Source: a virus. From it: 64,000 bases of DNA. The stretch lies in the IMG/VR virus record IMGVR_UViG_3300035157_000972; one strand, written 5' to 3'. Shown here piece after piece: positions 40,581-50,799 of the stretch. Numbering within the stretch: the first letter of the stretch is position 1; each line of letters opens with the position of its first letter. Made by a program: the position numbers and the translations under genes. A model generated the notes under the pieces. That model was not told where the DNA came from and did no database searches. It worked only from the letters and a program-made list of their open reading frames with translations.

Positions 40581-41642
40581 ATGGCTGAAGAAAAAACACT
40601 ACATGAGATGGAAAATCAGGTAACGAAAGGTGCTAAGTCTGCCGATCCAATGCCAAAGGCACCAAACTACGTCCCAGACGCAGGTGCAGTTGAGGATCTC
40701 GGCGGTCCTACTCCTCAAAACTCCAAGTCTACAGACAACTCTAACAAGTTGAAGACTCCATCTGCTAAGTTCGCTCAACAGGGCGATCCACAAACAAAAG
40801 GAACTGCAGGTACAGTTCAACAAGATGGTCCTCTCGGTCCAGTTGGCATGAAGTCAAGTGGATATGGCAATGGTGCCAACGAAGAGGTTGAGACTGAGGA
40901 AGAGGTAGAAAATGTTATACAGGAAGAGGAGATCGATCTTTCACAAGACGTTCAAGCACTTCTTGAAGGTGAAGAACTCTCTGAAGAGTTCAAAGATAAA
41001 GCAACTACCGTTTTCGAGGCAGTTGTAAAATCAAGAATCGCCGAAGCAAAAGAGGCGATGGAAACTCAGTACGATAAGAACCTTATCGAAGAAGTTGAAT
41101 CTATCAAGAAAGAACTTACTGAGAGAATAGATTCGTACCTAGAGTACGTATGTAATGAATGGTTCACTGAGAACTCATTACAGTTAGAATCAGGAATCAG
41201 AGGAGAACTCTCTGAGTCCTTCATGACAGGTCTCAAGAACCTTTTTGAAGAGCATTATGTAAACATCCCTGATGAGAAATATGATGTACTTGAGGCAATG
41301 GTCGAAAAATTAGATGATATGGAGACTAAACTCAATGAACAGATTGAAAGCAATGTTTCACTAACGAAGCGTTTAGCAACATCTGTTTCCGACAACATCC
41401 TAGATGAAGTCTGTGAAGGTCTTGCATTATCTCAAAAAGAGAAGATAGCAAGTTTAGCAGAAGGCGTTGAGTTTGAAAGTGAAGTACAATATCGTGAAAA
41501 ATTGTCTACTCTTAGAGAGACATATTTCGCTCCTAAGAAACCAGAGGCAAGTTCACAAGAAGTTATCTCTGAAGAGGCACCAGTAGAGGAACATTCCCCT
41601 GCTATGGAGTCATACATTCAGGCACTAACTAAGTACCAGTAA
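40581..41642 (+). CDS. gp22: Prohead core scaffold gp22
   Basis: ELSEEFKDKATTVFEA, YLEYV..EW, GLKNLFEEHY; acidic coiled coil. Confidence 0.93.
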   Translation: MAEEKTLHEMENQVTKGAKSADPMPKAPNYVPDAGAVEDLGGPTPQNSKSTDNSNKLKTPSAKFAQQGDPQTKGTAGTVQQDGPLGPVGMKSSGYGNGANEEVETEEEVENVIQEEEIDLSQDVQALLEGEELSEEFKDKATTVFEAVVKSRIAEAKEAMETQYDKNLIEEVESIKKELTERIDSYLEYVCNEWFTENSLQLESGIRGELSESFMTGLKNLFEEHYVNIPDEKYDVLEAMVEKLDDMETKLNEQIESNVSLTKRLATSVSDNILDEVCEGLALSQKEKIASLAEGVEFESEVQYREKLSTLRETYFAPKKPEASSQEVISEEAPVEEHSPAMESYIQALTKYQ

Positions 41643-41663
41643 ATTAACTAAAACACAACAACA

Positions 41664-43079
41664 ATGTTTAATTCTTCTCAATTACAGAAGAAGTGGCAAC
41701 CTCTTCTAGAGGCAGAAGGTATTGATAAGATATCTGATAGTCATAGAAAAGCGGTTACAGCACAACTTCTAGAAAACCAAGAAAGATTTTTAAGAGAGGA
41801 ACGTGCATTCCTAACAGAAGCACCTCCTACAACATCACTAGGAAACGGTGGAGGAACAGCATCAGCTCCTGCATTTGGTGGCGACGCTGCCGATGCCGGT
41901 CCAGTTGCAGGTTTCGACCCAGTTCTAATCTCATTGATTAGAAGAGCAATGCCTAACTTGGTGGCATACGACCTAGCAGGCGTTCAACCAATGAACGGAC
42001 CTACAGGTTTGATCTTCGCAATGAGAACACGTTACGACAACCAGTCTGGAACAGAAGCATTCTTCAACGAACCAGATTCAGCGTTCTCTGCTCAAGATGA
42101 TAATGCATCACTAACACAAGGTGACTATGCACTAAACACAACTGACGGTGGAACAGACGTTGGTTTCGGTACAACTGCACAAGGTGGTACAAACCCATCC
42201 ATTCTAAATGGTGGTTCTGCTAACGCTTACTCAGTTGGACAAGGTTTCGACGCTCAGTCACTTGAATCTCTAGGAGATGCAGCAGGTAATGACTTCAGAG
42301 AGATGTCATTCAGCATCGAGAAGGTTACTGTGGCAGCAAGATCCAGAGCACTAAAGGCAGAGTACAGTTTAGAACTTGCTCAAGACTTGAAGGCAATCCA
42401 CGGTCTAGATGCAGAAGCAGAATTAGCAAACATTCTCTCAACAGAGATACTTGCTGAGATCAACAGAGAAATCATCAGAACAATCTACAAGGTTGCAAGA
42501 CCCGGTGCACAAACCAACACTGCAACAGGTGGTATCTTCGACTTAGACGTTGACTCTAACGGAAGATGGATGGTTGAGAAATTCAAGGGAATGATGTTCC
42601 AACTTGAAAGAGATGCAAACGCAATCGCACAGGAAACTCGTAGAGGAAAGGGTAACATTATCCTATGTTCTGCTGACGTTGCTTCTGCACTTGCTGCTGC
42701 AGGTCAACTAGACTACACTCCTGCTCTAAACGCTAACTTAACAGTTGACGACACAGGTAACACATTCGCAGGTACATTGAACGGAAGATTCAAGGTATAC
42801 ATCGATCCATTCGCTGCTAACCTATCTGCTGATCAGTACTACGTTATGGGTTACAAAGGTTCTTCACCTTATGACGCAGGATTATTCTACTGCCCATACG
42901 TTCCACTACAGATGGTTCGTGCAGTTGGACAAGACACCTTCCAGCCAAAAATTGGATTCAAGACCAGATATGGTATGGTTTCCAACCCATTCGCTGAAGG
43001 TACAACTCAAGGTCTTGGAAGAATCACTGCTGGTTCTAACCGTTACTACAGAAGAGTTAAGGTTCAAAACCTTATGTAA
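41664..43079 (+). CDS. gp23: Major capsid protein gp23
   Basis: AGFDPVLISLIRRAMPNL, GVQPMNGPTGLIFAMR, SRALKAEYS.ELAQDLKAIHGLDAE, YCPYVPLQM; FLTE/A cleavage-type site. Confidence 0.99.
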   Translation: MFNSSQLQKKWQPLLEAEGIDKISDSHRKAVTAQLLENQERFLREERAFLTEAPPTTSLGNGGGTASAPAFGGDAADAGPVAGFDPVLISLIRRAMPNLVAYDLAGVQPMNGPTGLIFAMRTRYDNQSGTEAFFNEPDSAFSAQDDNASLTQGDYALNTTDGGTDVGFGTTAQGGTNPSILNGGSANAYSVGQGFDAQSLESLGDAAGNDFREMSFSIEKVTVAARSRALKAEYSLELAQDLKAIHGLDAEAELANILSTEILAEINREIIRTIYKVARPGAQTNTATGGIFDLDVDSNGRWMVEKFKGMMFQLERDANAIAQETRRGKGNIILCSADVASALAAAGQLDYTPALNANLTVDDTGNTFAGTLNGRFKVYIDPFAANLSADQYYVMGYKGSSPYDAGLFYCPYVPLQMVRAVGQDTFQPKIGFKTRYGMVSNPFAEGTTQGLGRITAGSNRYYRRVKVQNLM

Positions 43080-43102
43080 GGTAATAGGTATAATTACGTC
43101 TC

Positions 43103-43132
43103 GACCTCCTCACTTGAGGGGGTCTTTTTTTT
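43103..43132 (+). terminator. Rho-independent terminator after gp23
   Basis: GACCTCCTCA-ctt-TGAGGGGGTC then T8. Confidence 0.85.
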
Positions 43133-43169
43133 GTCTGCTCTTATAATTAGTATTGGTATGACAACGATT

Positions 43170-43334
43170 ATGAACGGTAGACTCGATAAAGTTGCTATGA
43201 CAAATAAACTCATGCAACTCAAAAGAGAACTTGCTTACAAATGTGAGATTGGTGAGATGGGTGAGTGGGAGTGTAATGGTGCAAACAAGTATCTGAATAA
43301 AGTATGGGATGTGCTTGATGAGTATTGGCAATAA
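43170..43334 (+). CDS. Small hypothetical cyanophage protein
   Basis: MNGRLDKVAMTNKLMQLKREL...LNKVWDVLDEY; TATAAT at 43142. Confidence 0.65.
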   Translation: MNGRLDKVAMTNKLMQLKRELAYKCEIGEMGEWECNGANKYLNKVWDVLDEYWQ

Positions 43335-43342
43335 ATAATGAT

Positions 43343-43903
43343 ATGTCAAACAACCCATGTTCTCTAAACGAGGTATCCAATAGGAACTTACTCTCGATAG
43401 GAGGATTCAAATTAGTTATCAATAAGTGTCCGAAAGTAGATTTTCTTTGCAATAAAGCAAACCTACCCGGACTATCTCTTGGTGTCGCTGTGCAAGCAAA
43501 CTACCTTAGAGATATACCAGTTCCCGGTGAGAAACTTACTTATCAGGATCTTAGAGTTGACTTTCTTGTAGATGAGAAGTTGGAAAACTATATCCAATTG
43601 TATGAGTGGATGACTTCATTAGGATTCCCAGAGTCTTTTGATCAGTTTTCCAGACTACAAAAAGATAGTAGGTATTTTCCTGATGATAATAGTTCTTTTC
43701 AAGAAAGATCTGACGCTACACTCATCATATTGAATAGCAATTATCAAGAGTCAGGATCAATCAAGTTCAGAGATCTTTTCCCAACTGAACTGACAGGAAT
43801 ACCTTTTGATGCTACAATAGAACAGCAACAGTATTATACTGCAACTGCAATATTCAAATATACTATGTACGACTTGATTGACAATGACGGAAAGAAAGTC
43901 TAG
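43343..43903 (+). CDS. gp3: Tail completion / tube terminator gp3-like
   Basis: NRNLLS.GGFK, PKVDF.C.KANLPG, PVPGEKLTY..L.VDFLVDE..ENY, SDATL.ILNSN. Confidence 0.85.
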   Translation: MSNNPCSLNEVSNRNLLSIGGFKLVINKCPKVDFLCNKANLPGLSLGVAVQANYLRDIPVPGEKLTYQDLRVDFLVDEKLENYIQLYEWMTSLGFPESFDQFSRLQKDSRYFPDDNSSFQERSDATLIILNSNYQESGSIKFRDLFPTELTGIPFDATIEQQQYYTATAIFKYTMYDLIDNDGKKV

Positions 43904-44336
43904 TTTTTCATTAGATAAGATACAAAAAATGTGGGAGTCTGATTCTAAAATGAATCAGGACGAACTTGATGCAGAGTCGCTAAAGATACCTCAATTACAC
44001 GCTAAGTATTACGACATATATAATGTAACTCTCACTCTCAGAAAACAGACTGAGACTGCATACTCTAAAGTTCTATTAGAAAGAAGACAGTATTACCAAG
44101 GCAAAGCGACTGCTGCTGTATATGCAGAAGAACCCTTTCCATATAAGGTAAGAGATAAAGATGATCTAAGACTTTATCTTGATGCTGATGAAAAATTGAA
44201 AAACCTATCTCTAAAACGAGAGTATTATGATATGATGCTTCGCTACATTGAAGAGATACTAAAACAGATTACTAATAGAACATATCAAATCAAGAATGCA
44301 ATAGAGTGGCGACGTTTTACTTCTGGTTATGGCTGA
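43884..44336 (+). CDS. uvsY: Recombination mediator UvsY
   Basis: ESLKIPQLHAKY, YAEEPF, YLDADE, RTYQIKNAIEW. Confidence 0.92.
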   Translation: MTERKSSFSLDKIQKMWESDSKMNQDELDAESLKIPQLHAKYYDIYNVTLTLRKQTETAYSKVLLERRQYYQGKATAAVYAEEPFPYKVRDKDDLRLYLDADEKLKNLSLKREYYDMMLRYIEEILKQITNRTYQIKNAIEWRRFTSGYG

Positions 44337-45780
44337 TCTGGTTATACGTAAGAAGAACGAAGTATTCTTACGAGTTGAATGTGATCCACATATAAGGCAC
44401 GAGTTACAAGATCAATTTACTTTTGATGTTCCGGGTGCTAAATTTATGCCTCAATACCGTAACAAGTATTGGGATGGTAAAATCCGTTTATTCAATATGG
44501 ATAGAGGGGAGATATATTGTGGATTGATTGATAAGTTACAAGTTTTTTGCGAGAGATATTCATATACATTTGAGTTTGAAGAGAATAAACACTATGGTTT
44601 ACCTTATGAAGAGAACGATTCATTCTCAGAAGAGGGTGTCAGAGACTATCTAACAACAATATCTAAGTATAAACCTAGAGATTATCAGGTAGAGGGTGTT
44701 ACAGACGCTCTGAGACGTAATAGAAGATTGCTTATATCACCAACTGCATCTGGTAAATCACTTATGATCTATTCTATCTGCAGATATCATGCAGAAAATG
44801 GTAGAAAGATACTTTTGATTGTTCCTACTACATCGCTTGTAGAGCAAATGTATAAGGACTTTGAAGATTATGGGTGGGATGCAGAAAAGTATTGCTATAA
44901 GATCTATGGTGGTGCACCACGAAACACTGAGCAGTCAGTCATCATCTCTACATGGCAGAGTATATACAAACTCGATCGTAAATGGTTTGCTAACTTTGAA
45001 GTAGTGATAGGTGATGAAGCACATCAGTTCAAATCCAAATCACTGGTCAATATCATGACCAAAATGGCAGATACAAAGTATAGGTATGGATTTACAGGTA
45101 CACTTGATGGCACACAGACTCACAAATGGGTGCTCGAAGGATTATTTGGTCCATCATATAAGATCATCAGCACTAAAAAACTACAGGATGCAGGGTATCT
45201 TGCTAAGTTGAACATCAAGGTTTTGTTGATGAAGCATGAACCTCAGAAATTTGATACGTATGAGGATGAAGTTCAGTATCTTATCAATCATGAGAAAAGA
45301 AATAGATTTATCAAGAACCTTACTCATGACTTGAAAGGTAATACTTTGATTCTTTATAGTAGGGTTGCCACCCATGGACAGGTATTATTCGACCTCATAA
45401 ATACTGGTAACCGAAAGGTATTTTTTGTTCATGGTGGTGTAGATGCACAGGAACGAGAAGAGGTCAGAAGAATTACTGAGACTGAAAAAAATGCTATAAT
45501 AGTAGCATCATTCGGAACATTCTCAACAGGCATCAACATCAAAAATTTGCACAACATTATCTTTGCTTCCCCTAGTAAGTCTAGAATCAGAACACTTCAA
45601 TCTATTGGTAGAGTTCTAAGAAAGGGAAACAATAAAGTCAGTGCCACATTGTTTGACATAGCAGATGATACGAAGAAGGGGTCGAGGAACAACTACACAC
45701 TGAACCACTTGATCGAACGGATCAAATACTACAACGAAGAAAAATTCAACTATGAAATTCTCCAAATCAAAATCGGATGA
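44329..45780 (+). CDS. uvsW: SF2 helicase UvsW
   Basis: SPTASGKS, DEAH, GFTGTL, LQSIGRVLR. Confidence 0.96.
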   Translation: MADLVIRKKNEVFLRVECDPHIRHELQDQFTFDVPGAKFMPQYRNKYWDGKIRLFNMDRGEIYCGLIDKLQVFCERYSYTFEFEENKHYGLPYEENDSFSEEGVRDYLTTISKYKPRDYQVEGVTDALRRNRRLLISPTASGKSLMIYSICRYHAENGRKILLIVPTTSLVEQMYKDFEDYGWDAEKYCYKIYGGAPRNTEQSVIISTWQSIYKLDRKWFANFEVVIGDEAHQFKSKSLVNIMTKMADTKYRYGFTGTLDGTQTHKWVLEGLFGPSYKIISTKKLQDAGYLAKLNIKVLLMKHEPQKFDTYEDEVQYLINHEKRNRFIKNLTHDLKGNTLILYSRVATHGQVLFDLINTGNRKVFFVHGGVDAQEREEVRRITETEKNAIIVASFGTFSTGINIKNLHNIIFASPSKSRIRTLQSIGRVLRKGNNKVSATLFDIADDTKKGSRNNYTLNHLIERIKYYNEEKFNYEILQIKIG

Positions 45781-46174
45781 ACCTTATGATGAGTTTTATG
45801 CTTCCTTAAAACTTGTCTCAGGAGAAGAAATACTAGCGTTGGTCGTTGTAGACAATACAGGTAAACCAGAAAATGTTGTTATATCAAATCCAGTAGTATG
45901 TAAAGAAATTCGTTCCTCCGGAACGAATATACCCATGGGGTATAAGTTTGAACCATGGATGAAATTGACTGATGACGATACTTACGTCCTCCCTCTAGAG
46001 AAAGTAATCACTCTATCACAGATTACAAGTAATGAAATAGTAGATACCTATAAAGACGTAGTAGAATATGGATTCAAACCAACTAATCCTGATCTAACTA
46101 AAGATATGGGATACATCAATAGTGTATCTAAAGCAAGAGATATTCTAGAGAAACTTTATAGATCTAAGAGTTAA
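45752..46174 (+). CDS. Conserved hypothetical protein (Sm-like fold family between uvsW and gp55)
   Basis: FYASLKLVSGEEILA, EPWMK, MGYINSV..AR..LEKLY. Confidence 0.7.
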   Translation: MKFSKSKSDEPYDEFYASLKLVSGEEILALVVVDNTGKPENVVISNPVVCKEIRSSGTNIPMGYKFEPWMKLTDDDTYVLPLEKVITLSQITSNEIVDTYKDVVEYGFKPTNPDLTKDMGYINSVSKARDILEKLYRSKS

Positions 46175-46222
46175 TTAACTATACCCATCCCTTGAACCCT
46201 TACAGAGTTATTGTACAGAGAA

Positions 46223-46251
46223 TAGACAGGGTTGTCAAGCTGTGCTATAAT
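46223..46251 (+). promoter_or_regulatory. sigma70-type promoter for gp55
   Basis: TAGACA-17 nt-TATAAT with TG extension. Confidence 0.7.
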
Positions 46252-46273
46252 TTGAACATAATCTATACATAAG

Positions 46274-46741
46274 ATGGTCAGGAAACGTTCAGAACACTAC
46301 GTCAATAACAAAGAGTTTCTCTATGCTATTGTCCAGTACAAGACAGATATCAAAGAGGCAGAGGAGAAAGGTGAACCTAGACCGGTTATCCCTAGATACC
46401 TTGGCGAATGCTTCATGAAGATAGCAAGACATTTGTCGTATAAACCGAACTTTGTAAACTATATGTTCAAGGAGGACATGATCTCTGATGGAATCGAAAA
46501 TTGCGTTCAGTACATTAATAATTTTAATCCTGAGAAATCCTCGAATCCTTTTGCTTACTTTACACAGATCATACATTATGCATTTCTCAGAAGAATACAG
46601 AAAGAAAAGAAACAGTTAGAGATTAGACAGAAAATAATTGACAAGTCTGGATTTGAAGAGGTGATGACAACTGACGATGGTGGTAGTTGGTCTGACTACA
46701 ACTCTATCAAAGATAATGTACAGCAAAGAGGTAATAGATGA
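46274..46741 (+). CDS. gp55: Late transcription sigma factor gp55
   Basis: HYVNNKEF, LSYKPNFVNYMF.EDMISDGIENC, NPFAYFTQII.YAFLRRI.KEKKQ. Confidence 0.97.
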   Translation: MVRKRSEHYVNNKEFLYAIVQYKTDIKEAEEKGEPRPVIPRYLGECFMKIARHLSYKPNFVNYMFKEDMISDGIENCVQYINNFNPEKSSNPFAYFTQIIHYAFLRRIQKEKKQLEIRQKIIDKSGFEEVMTTDDGGSWSDYNSIKDNVQQRGNR

Positions 46742-46935
46742 CCTATGATCTCACGGAGGAAGAGTGGGAATGTGTTCGTGTCTGTGTAGACAATGCACCT
46801 ATACCTTATGACATCACCCTCAAAAAGATACCGGGTGATATATTACAGAAGATAGGAAAACCAAAACCTCGTAAAGGTGAACCCCTAACTAAACCAGAAT
46901 ACGATTTATCTCAATACGGAATTTATGAAAGTTGA
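46738..46935 (+). CDS. Small hypothetical protein
   Basis: ATGA overlap with gp55; ends YDLSQYGI. Confidence 0.6.
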   Translation: MTYDLTEEEWECVRVCVDNAPIPYDITLKKIPGDILQKIGKPKPRKGEPLTKPEYDLSQYGIYES

Positions 46936-47095
46936 TAGGTACTATGATCCATACGAAGATCTTGAAGCACAATGTCTAGAAGAACTAGAACACATCGCTA
47001 AGTCATTAGGCGGTAACATGACAAAACTAACCAGAGCAACATCTACTGGTAGATCATCAAAAGTTATTGAAATTGAGTATGAAATTAACGAATGA
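46925..47095 (+). CDS. 56-aa hypothetical protein (not in ORF track)
   Basis: MKVDRYYDPYEDLEAQCLEELEHIAKSLGG...GRSSKVIEIEYEINE fills the gap exactly. Confidence 0.6.
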   Translation: MKVDRYYDPYEDLEAQCLEELEHIAKSLGGNMTKLTRATSTGRSSKVIEIEYEINE

Positions 47096-47270
47096 AGTAA
47101 TTGAAAAGATTCAAGAAGCAATGAATCACACCAAAAAGAATGGTGATGTCAACTGGGAAGATGGCGACGAGATCGATGTCTGTCTTGCAGGTACGTTTGC
47201 AGCAGATAGGTTCATTGTCATACACAACAGAACAAAGAGTAGCACATCAAAGCATAATTTTGTAAAATGA
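47079..47270 (+). CDS. Small hypothetical protein
   Basis: MKLTNEVIEKIQEAMNHTKKNGDVNW.DGDEIDVCLAGTFAADRFI; ATGA coupling to gp47. Confidence 0.65.
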   Translation: MKLTNEVIEKIQEAMNHTKKNGDVNWEDGDEIDVCLAGTFAADRFIVIHNRTKSSTSKHNFVK

Positions 47271-48310
47271 AAGTCGCTATCATCACAGATCAACACTTTG
47301 GTTTCAAGAAAGGATCAAAACATTTCCATAGTTACTTCAAAAAGTTCTATGATAATGTATTCTTCCCTACGTTAGAGGAACGTGGTATTGATACTGTGAT
47401 TGATATGGGCGATACTTTTGACTCTAGGAAGGGTATTGATTTATATTCTTTAGACTGGTGTCAAAGAACTTACTTTGATAAGTTGAGAGATATGGGATGT
47501 AAACTTACATCTATTGTTGGAAATCATACAGCATACTACAAAAATACAAATGATATCAATACCATAGATCTGCTACTCAGAGAGTATGACAATATAGATG
47601 TCATTGTCAATCCAGAAGAAAGGACATTTGACAAACTCAAAGTATTATTTGTTCCTTGGATAACCTCAGATGATAGTGAAAGGACTTATGCCACTATAAA
47701 AAGATCTCGTGCCAAAGTCTGTATGGGTCATCTCGAACTCAACGGATTCTCTGCACATCATGGATATACAATGGAAGACGGTGCTGATGCTCTCCCTTTC
47801 AAGAAATTTACTAAAACTTTCTCTGGACATTATCATACTCGTTCTAGCGATGGTACTATATCTTATCTAGGAAATCCATATGAGTTGTATTGGAATGATT
47901 GTAACGATACTCGTGGGTTTCACATATTTGATACAGACACTCTAGAACTGGAACCAGTCAACAACCCTTACCAGATGTACAAAGTCATCAGGTATAACGA
48001 TACCCCTAGACAACTGTTTAGATTCCAAGATTATAAAGATGTAATTGTAAAGGTTGTTGTATTTCAAAAGTCAAACAAGAAAGAGTATGAAAGATTTATC
48101 GATGCATTATCTCATGCAGGACCCTATGATCTCAAGATTGTAGAAAAGATTGACGGATCTCAGTTAGATGGTACAATAGTAGAACAAACAGAAGATACCG
48201 TGACATTGTTAGATAAATTCGTAGATGACCTAGAGACTGATCTTGATAGAAACAGAATCAAATCTCTTCTCAAAAACATTTACAAAGAAGCATGTGAGGT
48301 GACTATCTAA
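47267..48310 (+). CDS. gp47: Recombination endonuclease subunit gp47 (Mre11/SbcD-like)
   Basis: DQHFG, GDTFD, VGNH, GHLE, SGHYH phosphoesterase motifs. Confidence 0.96.
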   Translation: MKVAIITDQHFGFKKGSKHFHSYFKKFYDNVFFPTLEERGIDTVIDMGDTFDSRKGIDLYSLDWCQRTYFDKLRDMGCKLTSIVGNHTAYYKNTNDINTIDLLLREYDNIDVIVNPEERTFDKLKVLFVPWITSDDSERTYATIKRSRAKVCMGHLELNGFSAHHGYTMEDGADALPFKKFTKTFSGHYHTRSSDGTISYLGNPYELYWNDCNDTRGFHIFDTDTLELEPVNNPYQMYKVIRYNDTPRQLFRFQDYKDVIVKVVVFQKSNKKEYERFIDALSHAGPYDLKIVEKIDGSQLDGTIVEQTEDTVTLLDKFVDDLETDLDRNRIKSLLKNIYKEACEVTI

Positions 48311-48573
48311 TGTGGATACTTGCTCCCAAAGGACATGAAGATGAAGGTGCTTATGCAGTCAAAGATCAGGCAGGAGAGAAAGTAGTTTTTCTTTTCGAGG
48401 AACGTGATGACTGTGAACGGTATGGCATACAACTCGAAGCAAAGGATCATCCTGATATGGAAATTATAGAGGTGCAGGATACCGTTGCTATCACAGCATG
48501 TGAGCGAGCGAAGGTAAAGTATACTATAATATCACCAGATGACATTGTAATTCCTGTAGAAAAGAATGATTGA
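48310..48573 (+). CDS. Conserved hypothetical protein between gp47 and gp46
   Basis: EGAYAV...LFEE.DD..RY...DDIVIP. Confidence 0.7.
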   Translation: MWILAPKGHEDEGAYAVKDQAGEKVVFLFEERDDCERYGIQLEAKDHPDMEIIEVQDTVAITACERAKVKYTIISPDDIVIPVEKND

Positions 48574-50299
48574 GTTCAAAGAAATAAGATATAAAAATTT
48601 CCTATCATCAGGAAATCAGTTTACTAACATTACACTGAATGAGCATGGCACATCAGTCATCATAGGTAAAAATGGTGCAGGAAAATCTACCATACTTGAT
48701 GCTTTATGCTTTGCACTATTCAATAAACCTTTTCGTAAGATAACTAAGGGTCAAATTGTAAACTCTTCTAATGATAAAGACTGTCTTGTAGAACTAGAGT
48801 TCTCTGTACATAGCACACAGTACAAAATTATTAGAGGCATCAAACCAAACAGATTTATTATAGAAAGAAATGGAAACAAACTCAACGAGGATGCTAATGC
48901 ACAGGATCAACAGAAGTCTTTGGAAGAGCAAATACTCAAACTCAACTACAAATCGTTCACTCAAATTGTTATACTTGGGTCTGCTTCTTTCGTTCCCTTT
49001 ATGCAACTTAGTGCTCCACATAGAAGGGAAGTTATAGAAGATCTCCTAGACATCAGAGTTTTCTCTACCATGTCAGACATCCTAAAAGAGAAAGTAAAGG
49101 GTGTCAGGACTCGTATACAGACGTTAGATCTAAAGAAGGAGAGTGTTGCAGATAAGATCATCATGCAGCAAAACTTTATCAAGTCTATAGAAGAGAGTGG
49201 ACAGGAAGAGATAAGCACAAAGAGACAGGAGATACAGAATCTTGAGGATGAAATGGAAGAGTATCAGACTCTTGTAGATAATCTTCTATATGACCTAAAG
49301 ATGAAAGAAGAACGGATCAAAGACTATACCGATGCAGGAAAAACTCTTAGAAAACTAGGAACATATAAAGGAAAGTTACAGTCTAAACACACAAATTCTA
49401 CGAAGGAAAGGGACTTCTTCAAGGACAATGTATCATGCCCTACATGTACACAGACTATACAGGAAGACTTTCGTGTAAATAAAATTGACCAACTAGAAAA
49501 AACTATCTCCGGTTTCACGGATAACCTCCAAGAAATCGAAGATGCTATCTCAGATGCAGAATCTAGAGAGAAGCAATTTATTTCTATACAAAAGGAGATC
49601 TCCAATCTATCTAATGAAATTTCTCAAACAAATGTTAGGATTACTGGATCAAGAAAACAATCTAGTAAACTCGAACAAGAAATTCAAACTATTACCACTA
49701 GACTTGAAAACAGAAATTCTGAACATGAGAAACTAAGTACATACAAGGCATCACTAAAACAAGTCCTTGCTGATTACGGAGACCTAAAAGAGAATTACGA
49801 ATACTTCCAAGAAGCAAATATATTGCTCAAAGATGATGGTGTCAAGAGTTCTATCATCAAGAAATACATTCCTCTTATCAATCAACAGGTCAACAAGTAC
49901 TTGCAGATGATGGACTTCTATATCAACTTCACACTTGATGAAGAGTTCAATGAGAAGATAGAGTCACCTATACACGATAAATTTTCATACCCATCATTCT
50001 CTGAAGGTGAGAAGATGAGGATTGACCTTGCTCTTTTATTCACATGGAGAGAGATAGCAAGGATGAAGAACAGTGTTGTGACTAATCTTCTTATCATGGA
50101 CGAAGTGTTCGATTCCTCACTTGATGGTTTGGGTACAGATGAGTTCCTAAAGATCATTCGTTATGTTATAAAGGATGCTAATGTCTTTGTTATCAGTCAT
50201 AAGCAGGACTTAGTAGAGAAGTTCAACGCTATTCTTGAGTTCAAAAAGGTCAAAGGATTCTCAATTCTAAGGGGGGTTGACAAGACCGAACAATCGTGA
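48566..50299 (+). CDS. gp46: Recombination ATPase gp46 (Rad50/SbcC-like)
   Basis: GKNGAGKST, CPTC zinc hook, FSEGEKMRIDLAL, IMDEVFDSSLD. Confidence 0.97.
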   Translation: MIEFKEIRYKNFLSSGNQFTNITLNEHGTSVIIGKNGAGKSTILDALCFALFNKPFRKITKGQIVNSSNDKDCLVELEFSVHSTQYKIIRGIKPNRFIIERNGNKLNEDANAQDQQKSLEEQILKLNYKSFTQIVILGSASFVPFMQLSAPHRREVIEDLLDIRVFSTMSDILKEKVKGVRTRIQTLDLKKESVADKIIMQQNFIKSIEESGQEEISTKRQEIQNLEDEMEEYQTLVDNLLYDLKMKEERIKDYTDAGKTLRKLGTYKGKLQSKHTNSTKERDFFKDNVSCPTCTQTIQEDFRVNKIDQLEKTISGFTDNLQEIEDAISDAESREKQFISIQKEISNLSNEISQTNVRITGSRKQSSKLEQEIQTITTRLENRNSEHEKLSTYKASLKQVLADYGDLKENYEYFQEANILLKDDGVKSSIIKKYIPLINQQVNKYLQMMDFYINFTLDEEFNEKIESPIHDKFSYPSFSEGEKMRIDLALLFTWREIARMKNSVVTNLLIMDEVFDSSLDGLGTDEFLKIIRYVIKDANVFVISHKQDLVEKFNAILEFKKVKGFSILRGVDKTEQS

Positions 50300-50305
50300 T
50301 AGTCT
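50277..50305 (+). promoter_or_regulatory. sigma70-type promoter at the end of gp46
   Basis: TTGACA-17 nt-TAGTCT with TG extension; overlapping late-like CTAAATA at 50304. Confidence 0.55.
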
Positions 50306-50320
50306 AAATAACATTACAAA

Positions 50321-50396
50321 GGGATCGAAAGATCGTGCCCCTACGTAACCATCACCCCATGTCGGGGGAGATGTTCATCCGCAGGGCGTTTTTTTT
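50321..50396 (+). ncRNA. Candidate structured leader / small RNA ending in a terminator-like hairpin
   Basis: GATC-GAAA-GATC hairpin; long stem GCCCCTACG/CGCAGGGC enclosing AAC-ATC-CCCC/GGGG-GAT-GTT; T8 tail; GC-rich in AT-rich surroundings. Confidence 0.5.
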
Positions 50397-50421
50397 GTCC
50401 TTGCGAGAAAATACGATACAA

Positions 50422-50796
50422 ATGTTTACAAAATCTACAATCGCAGCACTTGCTGCATCTCCACTTCTATTCTCTGGTGCTGCTTTTGCAGGTCCATACG
50501 TTAACGTAGAAGCAAACGGTTCATATCCAGACGGTTCATATTCTTCAGGTAATGTTGAATTCCAAGTTGGTTACGAAGGAACCACAACTAATGGAATTAA
50601 CTGGTATGTTTCAGGTGGTCCAACTGTTCAGCACACAGAAACTGCTGATGAGTTTGGCGACGTTGAACTAGCAGGATATCTTGGTGCAGGAAAGCAGATC
50701 ACTGAAAAAGTAGGACTATACGGAGAAATCTACGGTGCTACTAACAACGATAACGTTGATTGGTCTGGTAAAATCGGTACAAGATACACATTCTAA
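50422..50796 (+). CDS. Small outer-membrane beta-barrel/porin-like protein with signal peptide (host-like)
   Basis: Signal peptide ending AFA; alternating beta strands; C-terminal aromatic GTRYTF typical of outer-membrane proteins. Confidence 0.7.
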   Translation: MFTKSTIAALAASPLLFSGAAFAGPYVNVEANGSYPDGSYSSGNVEFQVGYEGTTTNGINWYVSGGPTVQHTETADEFGDVELAGYLGAGKQITEKVGLYGEIYGATNNDNVDWSGKIGTRYTF

Positions 50797-50799
50797 GTT

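Noticed and set aside
50335-50421. N-terminal extension of the porin-like ORF from GTG 50335
   Set aside because: Runs through the RNA structure and T tract; the signal peptide begins at ATG 50422
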